64,000 nt of DNA, from the NCBI GenBank assembly GCA_040954595.2, contig CM082598.2, positions 7,269,097 to 7,333,096 on the forward strand, in the 5' to 3' direction. Of the stretch, positions 38,880 to 52,231 are shown in pieces; within the stretch, counting starts at the first letter, position 1, and each line of letters starts with the position of its first letter. The DNA comes from Balanoglossus misakiensis. Its lineage: Eukaryota; Animalia; Hemichordata. Under the pieces are notes generated by a model. It saw nothing but the letters and a program-made list of their open reading frames with translations, did not search any database and had not been told where the DNA came from. Made by a program: the position numbers and the translations under genes.

Positions 38880-41800
38880 TAATTAAAGCTGCAAGCAGCA
38901 TTGAAGGGGCCCAAGCATAGAGTTAATAACCATTAGAATCCATTCAGGGTTGTACCATTCCAATGCGTAGGCTGTATTTGCTCTCGATGTTGAGATATGG
39001 GGAAGTAGGCAACCACCCGAAATGCATGTCCTACAAGTACAAACACAACAACCAAAGGTGAACTTCTCCGTTGTAAGTACTTCAGTAAGTACTTCAAAGG
39101 TCAGGTGAGGGTACCCAAAAATTAGGATTCTTAGTTGGTTCATATTGAAGACAACAGAAAATCCTCGCCCTTTGGGTTGGTCAAATTATATATGGCCATA
39201 ATAATGAGTTTCGCAAGTAAGTTACAGGTGGCCCCAGGAATTTAGCATTTCATGACGCAGAGGGTCCTACCCTACCCCTCCAAACACCTGGCTATATATG
39301 ATGTGCATGCTAACATATGGAAAGCAGGTCAATGGACACCTGAGGTCACCCAAATATTTGACAAAAAAAATTTCATTCCTGCTTAAGTCATGTGCAACAA
39401 ATCCTACATTTGCAGCCCTTTCCCTTTGCCTACGTAATACATGAATCAAGCAGGTGTCACAGGTATCCCCCTGTATTTGGCATTTTATGATAGTTTCATC
39501 CCTCCAAATACCAAAGCTGCACCTGTACAACGTGCTGGGATATGGCACTGTACGACAGAGGGCATCCAAATCACCTTATACATTTGGGCAAAAACCAACT
39601 GACACTTACATTCGTCCCTGTGGAACAAAAACCACACATATCGCCCTGTTGGTTAGTGTCCAATTAAATGTACAAAATCAATGACTTAGGCAGGTGCAAC
39701 AGGTGACCCCGCCTTTGGTATATCATTATGGTCCCATCCGTATATCCCCCCCACCACGCCAAAGCTGCATGCATCTGCTGTTATTCACTTAAGCAAAAGT
39801 AGGTGAAATGTCACATAAGGTCGCCCACAACTTGACAGGAAAATCGGACTTCATATTGATCCATGTGCAACAAATACCACGCTAGCATCCCTTTCATTGA
39901 CCCCACAATTACGCATGCACATAATAGAGTTACGCAGGTACGGTGTCACAGGTGACCCCCGAATCGGGCGTATTATTTTGGTCCCATACAGCTGCATGAA
40001 GCTGCGTGCCATTACGGGGGACCTGATAACCCCCACGGCCACCTGCGGGCCAAACCCAATACTGAACGTCCAGTTGCAACGTCATGACTGAAGTAGGAAC
40101 TTTTGAACGGCAACGAAGCCTGATCTCTGATGGTACCATACTCCCTTCGTGCAAGAAAATCACTGGTCTGCTTACGTATTTCGGCCAATTTCCCGAACTA
40201 CTATCCACTACATGTGACTACCATGCTAATGATGAAACGTCCCACAACATTAGCGACTGAGGGTCAAAGTCCGCCGCCGCATTACATTGAATGTTAACTA
40301 GTGTAGCCGGGTCTGGATAGCAACATTTGAACGGCATTAGCTAACAAACTCAGCGTAATTCAATAAAACGCCCTAACACAGCCTGAACTCCGATAATGTG
40401 TTGTCCCAAAATTCATTCCGTGGAAAATAATCACTGGTCTGTTTACGTATTTCAGCCGATTTTCCAAGGACTACTGCAACCCGCCTGCTATAAATGAGAT
40501 CTCCACAACATTACGTAATGACGTTCAAAGTCCGATGCCCCAGTGTTCGTCCTCAGCCCACCAAAAAATGCAAAAAATATTACAAAAATCTTCTTCTCAA
40601 AATCAACGTGGCCTAGGACCTTGAAATTTGGCACAGGGGATTTTGGCCACATGGTCTACAAAAATCGCGAAAACAATGTATATGCCCCCATTAACGTGCA
40701 AATTAGGTCAATTTGAAAATTTCGCGCGATTATAGCCACCAAGTCACGTGACTAATTACAAATTCAAAGGGCAGGTGCACCAGTACTCATGGGCCCCAAT
40801 CACCGTGCCAAATTTCAAGGTCCTAGGCCACGTCGATTTTGAGAAAAACGGGAGCAAAAAAACGACTCAAGAAGAAAGAAGAAATATAGCTGCAAGCAGC
40901 GATGACGGGCACAAGCTTAAGCCGAAGGTCAAAGGTCATATGTGGTCACCCAAAAATTGGGCAAAAAGTTTTGACCCCCATACTAGTCCAGGTCCAACAG
41001 AAACCAGACCTCTAGCCCTATTGGTTTGTCTGAAATTAGATATGCGCATAATTAATGATGTAAAGTGTAAGACTCTATCAATAGTTTGATCCATCCAAAC
41101 ACAAATGCTGTACCTGTTCTGGATGCCGAGATATAGGAAAGTAGGTCAAAGGTCACCTGAGGCCATCCGAAAGTTTAGCAAAAAATTTTGACCCCATACC
41201 AGTCCAGGTCCAACAAAAATCAGGCCTCTAACCCTATTGGTTCGCCTAGAATTAGATATGCACATAATTAATGGGGTAAAGTATAAGGCTTCATTAGGAG
41301 TTCCATGCCTCCAAATGCCAAGGCTGTATCTGCGCTGGTTGCCGAGATATGGTAAAGTAGGTCAAAGGTCACCTGAGGTCACCCAAAATTGGGCAAGAAA
41401 TTTTAACCCCATACTGGTCCATGTTCAACAAAAATCAAACCTCTAGCCCTATTGGCTAGCCTGGAATTAGGTATGCACATAATTAATGAGATAAGCAGGT
41501 GTCACAGGTGACCCCTAATTTTGTCTTTTCAATTTTAGTCACAACCCTCCAAACGCCAAGTCAGTACCTGCTGTGGATGCCGAGATATAGGAAAGTAGGT
41601 CAAAGGTCACCTGAGGTCACCCTAAATTTGGGCAAAAAATTTGGATGCCATACTGATCCATGTCCCACAAGAACAAAACCTCTAGCCTTATTAGTTAGCC
41701 TGGAATTAGGTATGCACATAATTAATGAGTTAAGCAGGTGTTACAGGTGAGCCCAAAATTTTGCCTTTTATTGTGGTCCCATTCTGCTCACGGGCCAATA

Positions 41801-44800
41801 GAGAGTCACTGTACAGGACCATTGCACAGCCGACGTGGACATAGCGCCATAGCTTAACTATAGAAAGTATAGGCCCATGGCTGGGTTTAAAAATATGAAA
41901 AATAAAAAAATAAAAAAATCTTCTTCTCAAAATAGACTTGGCCCACGGCCTTGACATTTGGCATGTAGGACACTGACCACATGGTCTGCAAAAATCGCTA
42001 AAAGAATTTTGATATCTCCATTCATATGCAAATTAGGCCCATTTGAAAACTTTGCCCATATATGGTCATCAGGTCACATGACTAATTAAACATTCACAGG
42101 GATACTGCACCAGCTCTCATAGACCTGCACCATTGTGCCAAGTTTGAGATTTGTAGGTTCAGCCGTTTTCAAGATCTACCTGAGCAAAAAAACTACACAA
42201 GAAAAAAAAAAAAAAAATATAGCTGCAAGCAGCAATAGCGGGCCCAAGCCAACATAGCACATAGCAACATAGCAATAAGCATATTTGCTCTGGATGCCAA
42301 GATATGGAAAATTAGGTCAAAGGTCACCTGAGGTCATGCAAAAATTTGGGCAAGAAATTTTGATCCTATACTAGTCCATGTTCAACAAAAACCAAACCTA
42401 TAGCCCTATTGGTTAGCCTGGAATTAGGTATGCACATAATTAATGAGATATGCAGGTGTCACAGGTGACCCCCAATTTTGGCTTTTCAATTTTAGTTCCA
42501 ACCCTCCAAACTCCAAGTCTGTACCTGCCCTGGGTGCCAAGATATGGTAAAGTAGGTCAAAGGTCACCTGAGGTCATGCAAAATTTGGGCAAGAAATTTT
42601 GACCCTATACTGGTCCATGTTCAACAAAAACCAAACCTATAGCCCTATTGGTTAGCCTGGAATTAGGTATGCACATAATTAATAAGATATGCAGGTGTCA
42701 CAGGTGACCCCCAATTTGGCTTTTCAATTTTAGTCCCAACCCTCCAAACGCCAAGTCTGTACCTGCCCTGGGTGCCAAGATATGGTAAAGTAGGTCAAAG
42801 GTCACCTGAGGTCATGCAAAATTTGGGCAAGAAATTTTGACCCTATACTGGTCCATGTTCAACAAAAACCTAACCTATAGCCCTATTGGTTAGCCTGGAA
42901 TTAGGTATGCACATAATTAATGAGGTATGCAGGTGTCACAGGTGACCCCAAATTTTGGCTTTTCAATTTTAGTCCTAACCCTCCAAACGCCAAGTCTGTA
43001 CCTGCTCTGGATGCCGAGATATAGGAAAGTAGGTCAGAGGTCACCTGAGGTCACCCAAAATTTGGGCAAGAAATTTTGACCCTATACTGGTCCATGTCCC
43101 ACAAGAACGAAACCTCTAGCCCTCTTAGTTAGCCCAAAATTAGGTATGCACATAATTAATGAGTTAAGCAGGTGTTACAGGTGAGCCTAAAATTGTGCCT
43201 TTTATTTTGGTGCCATTGTGCTCACCGACCAATAGACAGTCACTGTACAGGACTATTGCACAGACCAGAATTCCACAATAAGACATGGACATAGCTTAAC
43301 CATAGAGGTATAAGTAAAGGTATTATTTAATAAAAAAATTAATATAAAAAAATCGGTCGATTTTTCATACTATTTTTTTTCGCTTAAAATTATTGACAAA
43401 TGCTAGGCTAGCTGCACACCAAAGTTGGAGATGATCGGCCTAACAGATTTTGAGATATGTATGCATATTTATCCAAACTAATATGTGGTCATGGCTTTAC
43501 TATGGAAAGTATAGGCCCAGGGCTGGGTGAAAAAATATGAAAAATAATACTTACAAATCTTCTTCTCAAAATTGGCATGGCCAATGGCCTTGACATTTGG
43601 CATGTAGGACACTGACCACATGGTCCGCAAAAGTTGCTAAAAGAATTTTGATATCTCCATTCATATGCAAATAAGGCCGATTTGAAAATTTTGCCCATAT
43701 ATGGTCATCAGGTCATGTGACTAATTAAACATTCACAAGGGTACTGCACTAGCTCTCATTGACCTGCACCATTGTGCCAAGTTTGAAATTGGTAGGTTTA
43801 GCAGTTTTCCAGATGTAGCTCACCAAAAAAACGACAGAAGAAGAAGAAGAAGAAGAAGAAAAAGAAATATAGCTGCAAGCAGCAATAGCGGGCCCAAGCC
43901 AACATAGCACATAGCAACATAGCAATAAGCATATGTGATCTTGATATGGAAAAATATGTCAAAGGTCACCTGAGGTCATGCAAAAATTTGGGCAAGAAAT
44001 TTTGACCCTATACTAGTCCATGTTCAACAAAAACCAAACCTATAGCCCTATTAGTTAGCCTGGAATTAGGTATGCACATAATTAATGAGATATGCAGGTG
44101 TCACAGGTGACCCCCAATTTTGTCTTTTCAATTTTAGTCCCAACCCTCCAAACGCCAAGTCTGTACCTGCTCTGGATGCCAAGATATGGTAAAGTAGGTC
44201 AAAGGTCACCTGAGGTCATACAAAATTTGGGCAAGAAATTTTGACCCTATACTGGTCCATGTTCAACAAAAACCAAACCTATAGCCCTATTGGTTAGCCT
44301 GGAATTAGGTATGCACATAATTAATGAGATATGCAGGTGTCACAGGTGACCCCCAATTTTGTCTTTTCAATTTTAGTCCCAACCCTCCAAACGCCAAGTC
44401 TGTACCTGCTCTGGATGCCAAGATATGGTAAAGTAGGTCAAAGGTCACCTGAGGTCATACAAAATTTGGGCAAGAAATTTTGACCCTATACTGGTCCATG
44501 TTCAACAAAAACCAAACCTATAGCCCTATTGGTTAGCCTGGAATTAGGTATGCACATAATTAATGAGATATGCAGGTGTCACAGGTGACCCCCAATTTTG
44601 GCTTTTCAATTTTAGTGCCAACCCTCCAAACGCCAAGTCTGTACCTGCTCTGGATGCCAAGATATAGGAAAGTAGGTCAAAGGTCACCTGAGGTCACCCA
44701 AAATTTGGGCAAGAAATTTTGACCCTATACTGGTCCATGTCCCACAAGAACGAAACCTCTAGCCCTCTTAGTTAGCCCAGAATTAGGTATGCACATAATT

Positions 44801-46930
44801 AATGAGTTAAGCAGGTGTTACAGGTGAGCCTAAAATTGTGCCTTTTATTGTGGTGCCATAGTGCTCACCGACCAATAGACAGTCACTGTACAGGACTATT
44901 GCACAGACCAGAATTCCACAATAAGACATGGACATAGCTTAACCATAGAGGTATAAGTAAAGGTATTATTTAATAAAAAAATTAATATAAAAAAATCGGT
45001 CGATTTTTCATATTATTTTTTTTCGCTTAAAATTATTGACCAATGCTAGGCTAGCTGCACACCAAAGTTGGAGATGATTGGCCTAACAGATTTTGAGATA
45101 TGTATGCATATTTATCCAAAATAATATGTGGTCATAGCTTTACTATGGAAAGTATAGGCCCATGGCTTGGTCAAAAAATATGGAAAATAATACTTAAAAA
45201 TCTTCTTCTCAAAATTGGCATGGCCAATGGCCTTGACATTTGGCATGTAGGACACTGACCACATGGTCCGCAAAAGTTGCTAAAAGAATTGTGATATCTC
45301 CATTCATATGCAAATAAGGCGGATTTGAAAATTTTGCCCATATATGGTCATCAGGTCACGTGACTAATTAAACATTCACAAGGGTACTGCACTAGCTCCC
45401 ATTGGCCTGCACCATTGTGCTAAGTTTGAAATTGGTAGGTTTGGCAGTTTTCCAGATCTACCTCGCCAAAGAAAATGACAGAAGAAGAAAAAGAAGAAGA
45501 AGAAGTAGAAGAAAAACCCCAGTAATACCAATAGGGCCCAAGCCTGCTGGGCTTGGGCCCTAAATATAGCTGCAAGCAGCAATAGCGGGCCCAAGCCAAC
45601 ATAGCACATAGCAACATAGCAATAAGCATATCTGCTCTGGATGCCAAGATATGGAAAAGTAGGTCAAAGGTCACCTGAGGTCATGCAAAATTTCGGCAAG
45701 AAATTTTGACCCTATACTGGTCCATGTTCAACAACAACCAAACCTATAGCCCTATTGGTTAGCCTGGAATTAGGTATGCACATAATTAATGAGATATGCA
45801 GGTGTCACAGGTGACCCCCAATTTTGGCTTTTCAATTTTAGTCCCAACCCTCCAAACGCCAAGTCTGTACCTGACCTGGGTGCCAAGATATGGTAAAGTA
45901 GGTCAAAGGTCACCTGAGGTCATGCAAAATTTGGGCAAGAAATTTTGACCCAATACTGGTCCATGTCCCACAAGAAAGAAACCTCTAGCCCTCTTAGTTA
46001 GCCCACAATTAGGTATGCACATAATTAATGAGTTAAGCAGGTGTTACAGGTGAGCCTAAAAGTGTGCCTTTTATTTTGGTGCCATTGTGCTCACTGACAG
46101 GACTATTGCACAGACCAGAATTCCACAATAAGACATGGACATAGCTTAACCATAGAGGTATAAGTAAAGGTATAAATTTAATAAAAAAATTAATATAAAA
46201 AAATCGGTCGATTTTTCATATTATTTTTTTCTGCTTAAAATTATTGACCAATGCTAGGCTAGCTGCACACCAAAGTTGGAGATGATTGGTCTAACAGATT
46301 TTGAGATATGTATGCATATTTATCCAAAATAATATGTGGTCATAGCTTTACTATGGAAAGTATAGGCACATGGCTTGGTCAAAAAATATCAAAAATAATA
46401 CTTAAAAATCTTCTTCTGAAAATTGGCATGGCCAATGGCCTTGACATTTGGCATGTAGGACACTGACCACATGGTCCGCAAAAGTTGCTAAAAGAATTTT
46501 GATATCTCCATTCATATGCAAATAAGGCTGATTTGAAAATTCTGCCCATATATGGTCATCAAGTCACGTGACTAATTAAACATTCACAAGGGTACTGCAC
46601 TAGCTCTCATTGGCCTGCACCATTGTGCCAAGTTTGAAATTGGTAGGTTTAGCAGTTTTCCAGATCTACCTCGCCAAAGAAAACGACAGAAGAAGAAAAA
46701 GAAGAAGAAGTAGAAGAAAAACCCCAGTAATACCAATAGGGCCCAAGCCTGCTGGGCTTGGGCCCTAAAAACTCCAGTAAAAACAATAGGGCCCAAGCCT
46801 GCTGGGCTTGGGCCCTAAAGATGAAAAACCCCAGTAATACCAATAGGGCACAAGCCTGCTTGGCTTGTGCCCTAAAAACTCCAGCAATAACAGAAAGGGA
46901 CCAAGCGCCTGAGGGCGCTTGGTCCCCTAA
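38880..46930 (+). mobile_element. Cluster of five Helentron/HINE-like non-autonomous elements with ~240-bp internal tandem monomers
   Basis: Five heads agctgcaagcagc..gggc(c/a)caagc at ~38880, 40882, 42215, 43865 and 45562; conserved 3' bodies ending in (GAA)n/A tracts; five hairpins at 45532, 46737, 46787, 46844 and 46896. Confidence 0.8.
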
Positions 46931-47659
46931 ATATCTCAAGTGTAGAGACTACATCTACTGAGCTAAGAGTTTGATGGAGTTTATTACCATGCAATTATCC
47001 CAAAATAGTTCCAATCGTGTTCAATGTGGAAAACGTACATACAGCAAGATTTCAAAAGGAAACATTACATTAACGGTGACTTGAAAGTATAACAAATTTG
47101 TGTAAATGGAACAAACCTGTAGCGATGACAATAAGCTGTGGTTTAAGTATTTTATCAACATAATTATCAGATTGTACGATTGTCTTAGAACAACTTTGTA
47201 CATTGAGCTATCTTAAACACAGAAAGTGGTGAAATTTTGTGTCCTATTACTGATTATTCAAGCAAATATTGTCATTGCAATTAACCTTGTCCCTGCTGGA
47301 TCAATGGATAAAGAGAACACTGAATTGACATGAAATAAAGTCTGTCCACACACACGTCTGAGTAATGGTCCCATACATAAGAATTCACTGACAGATGGAA
47401 TGTTATCTTTAAAGTGAACCGACACCTTCCTTGTAGAGAGATTCTAATAAAATCTGTGTGAAAAACATGAGTGATTTGCGTCGTTTTTATTCACTTTCAC
47501 TTATCGCGCAGCAGCATAGTGTCGATCTCGATATGCAGTGTGACGTCAGAGACTCAAGTCACCAGTAGCAGAAGCCACCGTGTGCACGCTAACGTACACA
47601 CAGTTGACATGGCTGGCTGCCTCGCAAGTAGGAGCAAAAACAGAGTTGGCAAAAAAAAA

Positions 47660-48390
47660 CCCTCTGGATATGCGTTTTCCAGTTGATATTTTGATCGAGG
47701 GTGACCCCCAAGTATGTGGCTGATGGGACACAATCTAGACTTTTCCCGTCAATATCTAAAGTCCCATTGATGACTACATGTTTGCGGGATGTTTTCACTA
47801 TCATATAATTTGTTTTGTCAGCATTGATAATGAGTTTATTAGCCCGGCACCAATCACAGACTTTGCAGAAATCAGAGTTAGTTTGTGTAAGGTCAATGTG
47901 GTGGTTATTGATGAACTTGAACAGATTGGTATCGACTGCAAAAAGGCGGAAGTGGAAGGCTTTCGTTGAATTGGCGATGTCGTTGATGTAAATTAAATAT
48001 AAAACTGGGCCAAGTATTGATCCTTGTGGAACGCCACACTGTATTTGTGAGTATGGAGATGACACATTGTTAATAATAACTGATTGCTGCCGGTTTGTCA
48101 AATAATTACTGAACCATTGTAATGGAATGTCTCTGATGCCATAATGATGAAGTTTATGGATTAAGATGTCATGATTGATGGTGTCAAAAGCTTTCTTGAA
48201 GTCAATGAAAATGCCAAAGGTGATGGAACCGCTATCTAAGCAGTCACTGATATCAGAAACTAAGCCAACAAGGGCCAGCTTGGTGTTGTATTTTTTTACG
48301 AAACCCAAATTGTGTATCCAGGAGAACGTGCTTTGTCTCAAGATAATGGATGAGTTGTTTATTCACAACTGACTCAAAAATTCTCACTGA
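47660..48390 (-). mobile_element. CR1/L2-group LINE reverse transcriptase fragment, degenerate
   Basis: QFGFRK, FIDFKKAFDTINH, GVPQGSILGP, LFAVDT (FADD mutated), TYLGVTLD; frameshift near 48300. Confidence 0.88.
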
Positions 48391-48394
48391 ACTC

Positions 48395-49045
48395 ACAGAT
48401 GACAGGATGGCTGCGCATGCGTACAAATTGTTGTTTACAATGGATGAAAATGGGCACACATCATGGGCTACAGAGATTAACCATGTTCTTTATTCATACG
48501 GGTTTGGCATTGTCTGGTTATTACAAGGGGTGGGAGATATTTCATCTTTTATAAGTGAGTTTAACAATGACTTTCCGATGTTTACAAACAAGAGTGGTAC
48601 AGTGAAGTATGTAAGAAAGACAGGCTTCGTACATATCGTAATTTTAAAAGCATGTTTGAACCAGAAAAGACAGCTATGCCAACATTGACATTGAAGATAG
48701 AATCTGTGAAATATGTACAGGAGGTATGGAGGATGAATTTCATGTAATATTTTTATGTCCATTGTATCAAAGCTTAAGATATTTATTACAACATGACAGC
48801 TCTGAGTCTTTTTATGAAGATAAATTTTTCACACTGATGAGTTCAATGTCGCCAACAGTGTTAAGTAATCTTGGCAAATTTGTCCATAAAGCCATGATTT
48901 TGAGCAAAGAATATATTTCATGAAAGCTTGAACTTGAAGGTGACCTAATGTTTCTTTTTGTTGTTGCTGTATTTCGTTTTATAATATAGCTTATCATGCA
49001 GTTGTCATATTGGCCGGTGGCCTAAGAGACAATAAACATTATTAT
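48395..49045 (+). mobile_element. 3' fragment of an RTE-X-like LINE
   Basis: SWATEINHVLYSYGFGIVWLLQGV and EDEFHVIFLCPLYQSLR; AATAAAC + attatt tail at 49031-49045; resembles the 3' end of the 32-kb LINE. Confidence 0.8.
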
Positions 49046-50259
49046 CGATTAAATCCTTTCCTAAACATAGGCCTAAAGAAAATATACCCGGTGAAGCCTG
49101 GTTGGTTTCAGGGGAGTTTGACTATGAGTATGACTCGTTTGAAACATCATACAACAGGTGAATTAAGTAACGCACTATATAGCGCGTATCAACTTTCAAC
49201 GGCTATCTCCGAAAATGCTCATTTGAATTTCACAAGAATTTCAGAACTAATTACCAGAATTGCACTAAGAACAAAATGTACCAAGAACAGCGGGCATAGC
49301 TGGCAAACATACCTTTATCAATAACACTGTTTCAAGGACAATTTTGATTAGGCATATAAGAGATCGTCTCTAGGCCTAAAGTCTTCGTTTTGTAGATTTG
49401 ACGGTCAAAACTATGAAGCGAAGACGTCGACTATTCAAGCCTAAGGTAGTGGTCTCCTCAAAAATCTAAAATACAATCTAATAGAGAGAATACTACACGC
49501 CACAAACAAGTTAAACTTTTATTTTTCCAGACGATATCTTTAATATTTATGAGATTGTATTTTCCCCAAAGCAAACTGAAATTTTGGAGGCAACTGTAAT
49601 TTTGACGGACAAAATTTTTATTTTGATAGACTTAATTTTTTTTATATTGATATTCATCAGGAAATGTACCCCCCCCCCCTCCAAACACACAAACAAAATA
49701 CTTAATGCGTTGTTTCAGCATTTATCATATGCCGTAATATTCTCAACGGAAGCTGTCCAGTTCTTTCTTTTCTTGATTTTTGACAAGTAATCCATGTAAA
49801 TGTAATAGTTATCATCTCTGTCAGTCAGCATATAAACGCAGAGGATTAATAATAGACTCCACTTCAGTCGAAGGTCAATAATGCGTTCGACGTGATATTA
49901 AATGTTCCCCACATTGACTTTCTCCAGAGAATTGCTACTCAGCCTTATGGTCTACCGAACCGAATGCCTGTATATTCCTTCATTGGATTAACCCCTTATC
50001 ACGTCTCCCAATAATGGGGAGAACACGTTTGTTTGGGTCTGGTGGGGTGTTGGTTGATGGTTGACGATGGTTGAAGAAGGGACGGGATTTCGTCCAGCTC
50101 TGCCAATTTCTTGCCCGTATATAATGGCAAAGCGCGTGTCTCAGTATCAAACTGACATCAGCCCTCTTTACCAAAACTTCAAAAAGTGGGTAGTACCGTA
50201 GAAACGTATTTGGGATGGCCAGTGTATACAACAGCTGTCTGAGGAAGAGAAAATATGTT

Positions 50260-51146
50260 AAGGGGTCCAGATAAGATTATTAATTAGGGGCCCAAATACG
50301 GTTATTAATTAGGGGCCCAGATACGGTTATTAATTAGGGGCCCAGATACGGTTATTAATTAGGGGCCCAGAGACGGTTATTAATTAGGGGCCCAGATACG
50401 GTTATTAATAAGGGGCCCAGATACGGTTATTAATTAGGGGCCCAGATACGGTTATTAATTAGGGGCCTAGATACTATTATTAATTAGGGGCCCAAATACG
50501 GTTATTAATTAGGGGCCCAGAGACGGTTATTAATTAGGGGTCCAGAGACGGTTATTAATTAGGGGCCCAGAGACGGTTATTAATTAGGGGCCCAGATACG
50601 GTTATTAATAAGGGGCCCAGATACGGTTATTAATTAGGGGCCCAGATACGGTTATTAATTAGGGGCCTAGATACTATTATTAATTAGGGGCCCAAATACG
50701 GTTATTAATTAGGGGCCCAGAGACGGTTATTAATTAGGGGTCCAGAGACGGTTATTAATTAGGGGCCCAGATACGGTTATTAATTAGGGGTCCAGAGACG
50801 GTTATTAATTAGGGGCCCAGATACGGTTATTAATTAGGGGCCCAGATACGGTTATTAATTAGGGGCCCAGATACGGTTATTAATTAGGGGCCCAGATACG
50901 ATTATTAATTAGGGGCCCAGATACGGTTATTAATTAGGGGCCCAGATACGGTTATTAATTAGGGGCCCAGATACGGTTATTAATTAGGGGCCCAGATACG
51001 GTTATTAATTACGGGCCCAGATACGGTTATTAATTAGGGGCCCAGATACGGTTATTAATTAGGGGCCCAGATACGGTTATTAATTATGGGCCCAGATACG
51101 ATTATTAATTAGGGGCCAGATACAATTATTAATTAGGGGCCCAGAC
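50260..51146. repeat. 25-bp minisatellite, ~35 copies
   Basis: Unit TAATTAGGGGCCCAGATACGGTTAT. Confidence 0.97.
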
Positions 51147-52231
51147 ATGCTAAACAACTTTCGTCGTCCGAGTTCGAGTCGACACGTCTCTCTCAACTGC
51201 GCAATTGGGATTGGGGGGGGGGGGCGCCTCTTTGTCTACTAAATTGTGACGTTGTTACAATTTTAGAGATAACGTGTCGGTCCCAGCAAAGAAATACGGT
51301 GTTGCTAGTTTGGCGTTTGTTGCTAGTATTCTGAAAATTGTAGTAAGAAAGCGCCACAGGTGTTTCCTCATTGGCCGCGCTTTGAGTTTAAATTCATAAT
51401 GGCTGTGTGAGGGCGCTAGACTTACAAAAGGGGCATACACCACTTGGCAGGTCCTAAGTGTATGTGACCCAGTTATTTTCCCCCACTGTTTGTTTACAGC
51501 ATTTTTTTCTATTGCCAGTCCTACCTTTTTTTCTCAATGCATTGCCGAAGAAACTTCTTAAGGTATACTCATCTCAGAAATCATAAATTGAGGGTCACTC
51601 CAGATATATTTATATCATAATGTTATGATTTCTGTCAAAGAAATTCAATATTTTACATTTGCCTCTCTGGGCAGTTCGCCGTGAAATAAAAAAAAAATCT
51701 TTAAAATCTCAAATATGAGTTATGATTTTTTGATGTCAAAAATGTATTTTGAAATTTTCCATGAATTTGTCCAATGGACTACTGGGCGAAGGAATGTTTA
51801 CAAGAGACATAAAATGAATATTTCAGCATGGCAAGCTTTAATAATATCTTCATCCTAAGAGCATCAATCATACATTATTTGATAAAAGAAAACAAAAAAT
51901 GTATGTGTACTGGATAACAAAATGCCTTGGAAAACAATACCAGTCTTCCACATTAGCAATTTTCTGGTTAACATGAAAAATAGAAATGAATACTAATATT
52001 TGTGGCAAGTACTTAATTCAAAGAAATCTCTCATGAAAATCTGCAAAATTAATAACCTGACAATCAACTCCAAAAAACTGAATATAGTTCCGGGATAAGC
52101 TATTGTGCTTATGAAATTTCTGAGTAGATATTTTGCAAATAAAGGAAGCTTAATTAAATGGACAAAACCATACTGCAATATGAACTTGCTAAGTAGATTT
52201 TTTTCTCGTTTGACAAGATATCGTCTTTATG

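Noticed and set aside
38880-46930. Simple head-to-tail rolling-circle concatemer
   Set aside because: It would give one hairpin after each unit; three units lack tails and three surplus tails are stacked at the end in nested order. Only E3-E4 could be a true tandem.
45376-46961. ORFs with poly-F/S and repeated AQAQQAWAL
   Set aside because: Translations of (GAA)n tracts and terminal hairpins of the repeat elements.
50260-51146. CRISPR-like regular repeat
   Set aside because: Head-to-tail 25-bp units with no unique spacers, no cas genes, and a eukaryotic context.
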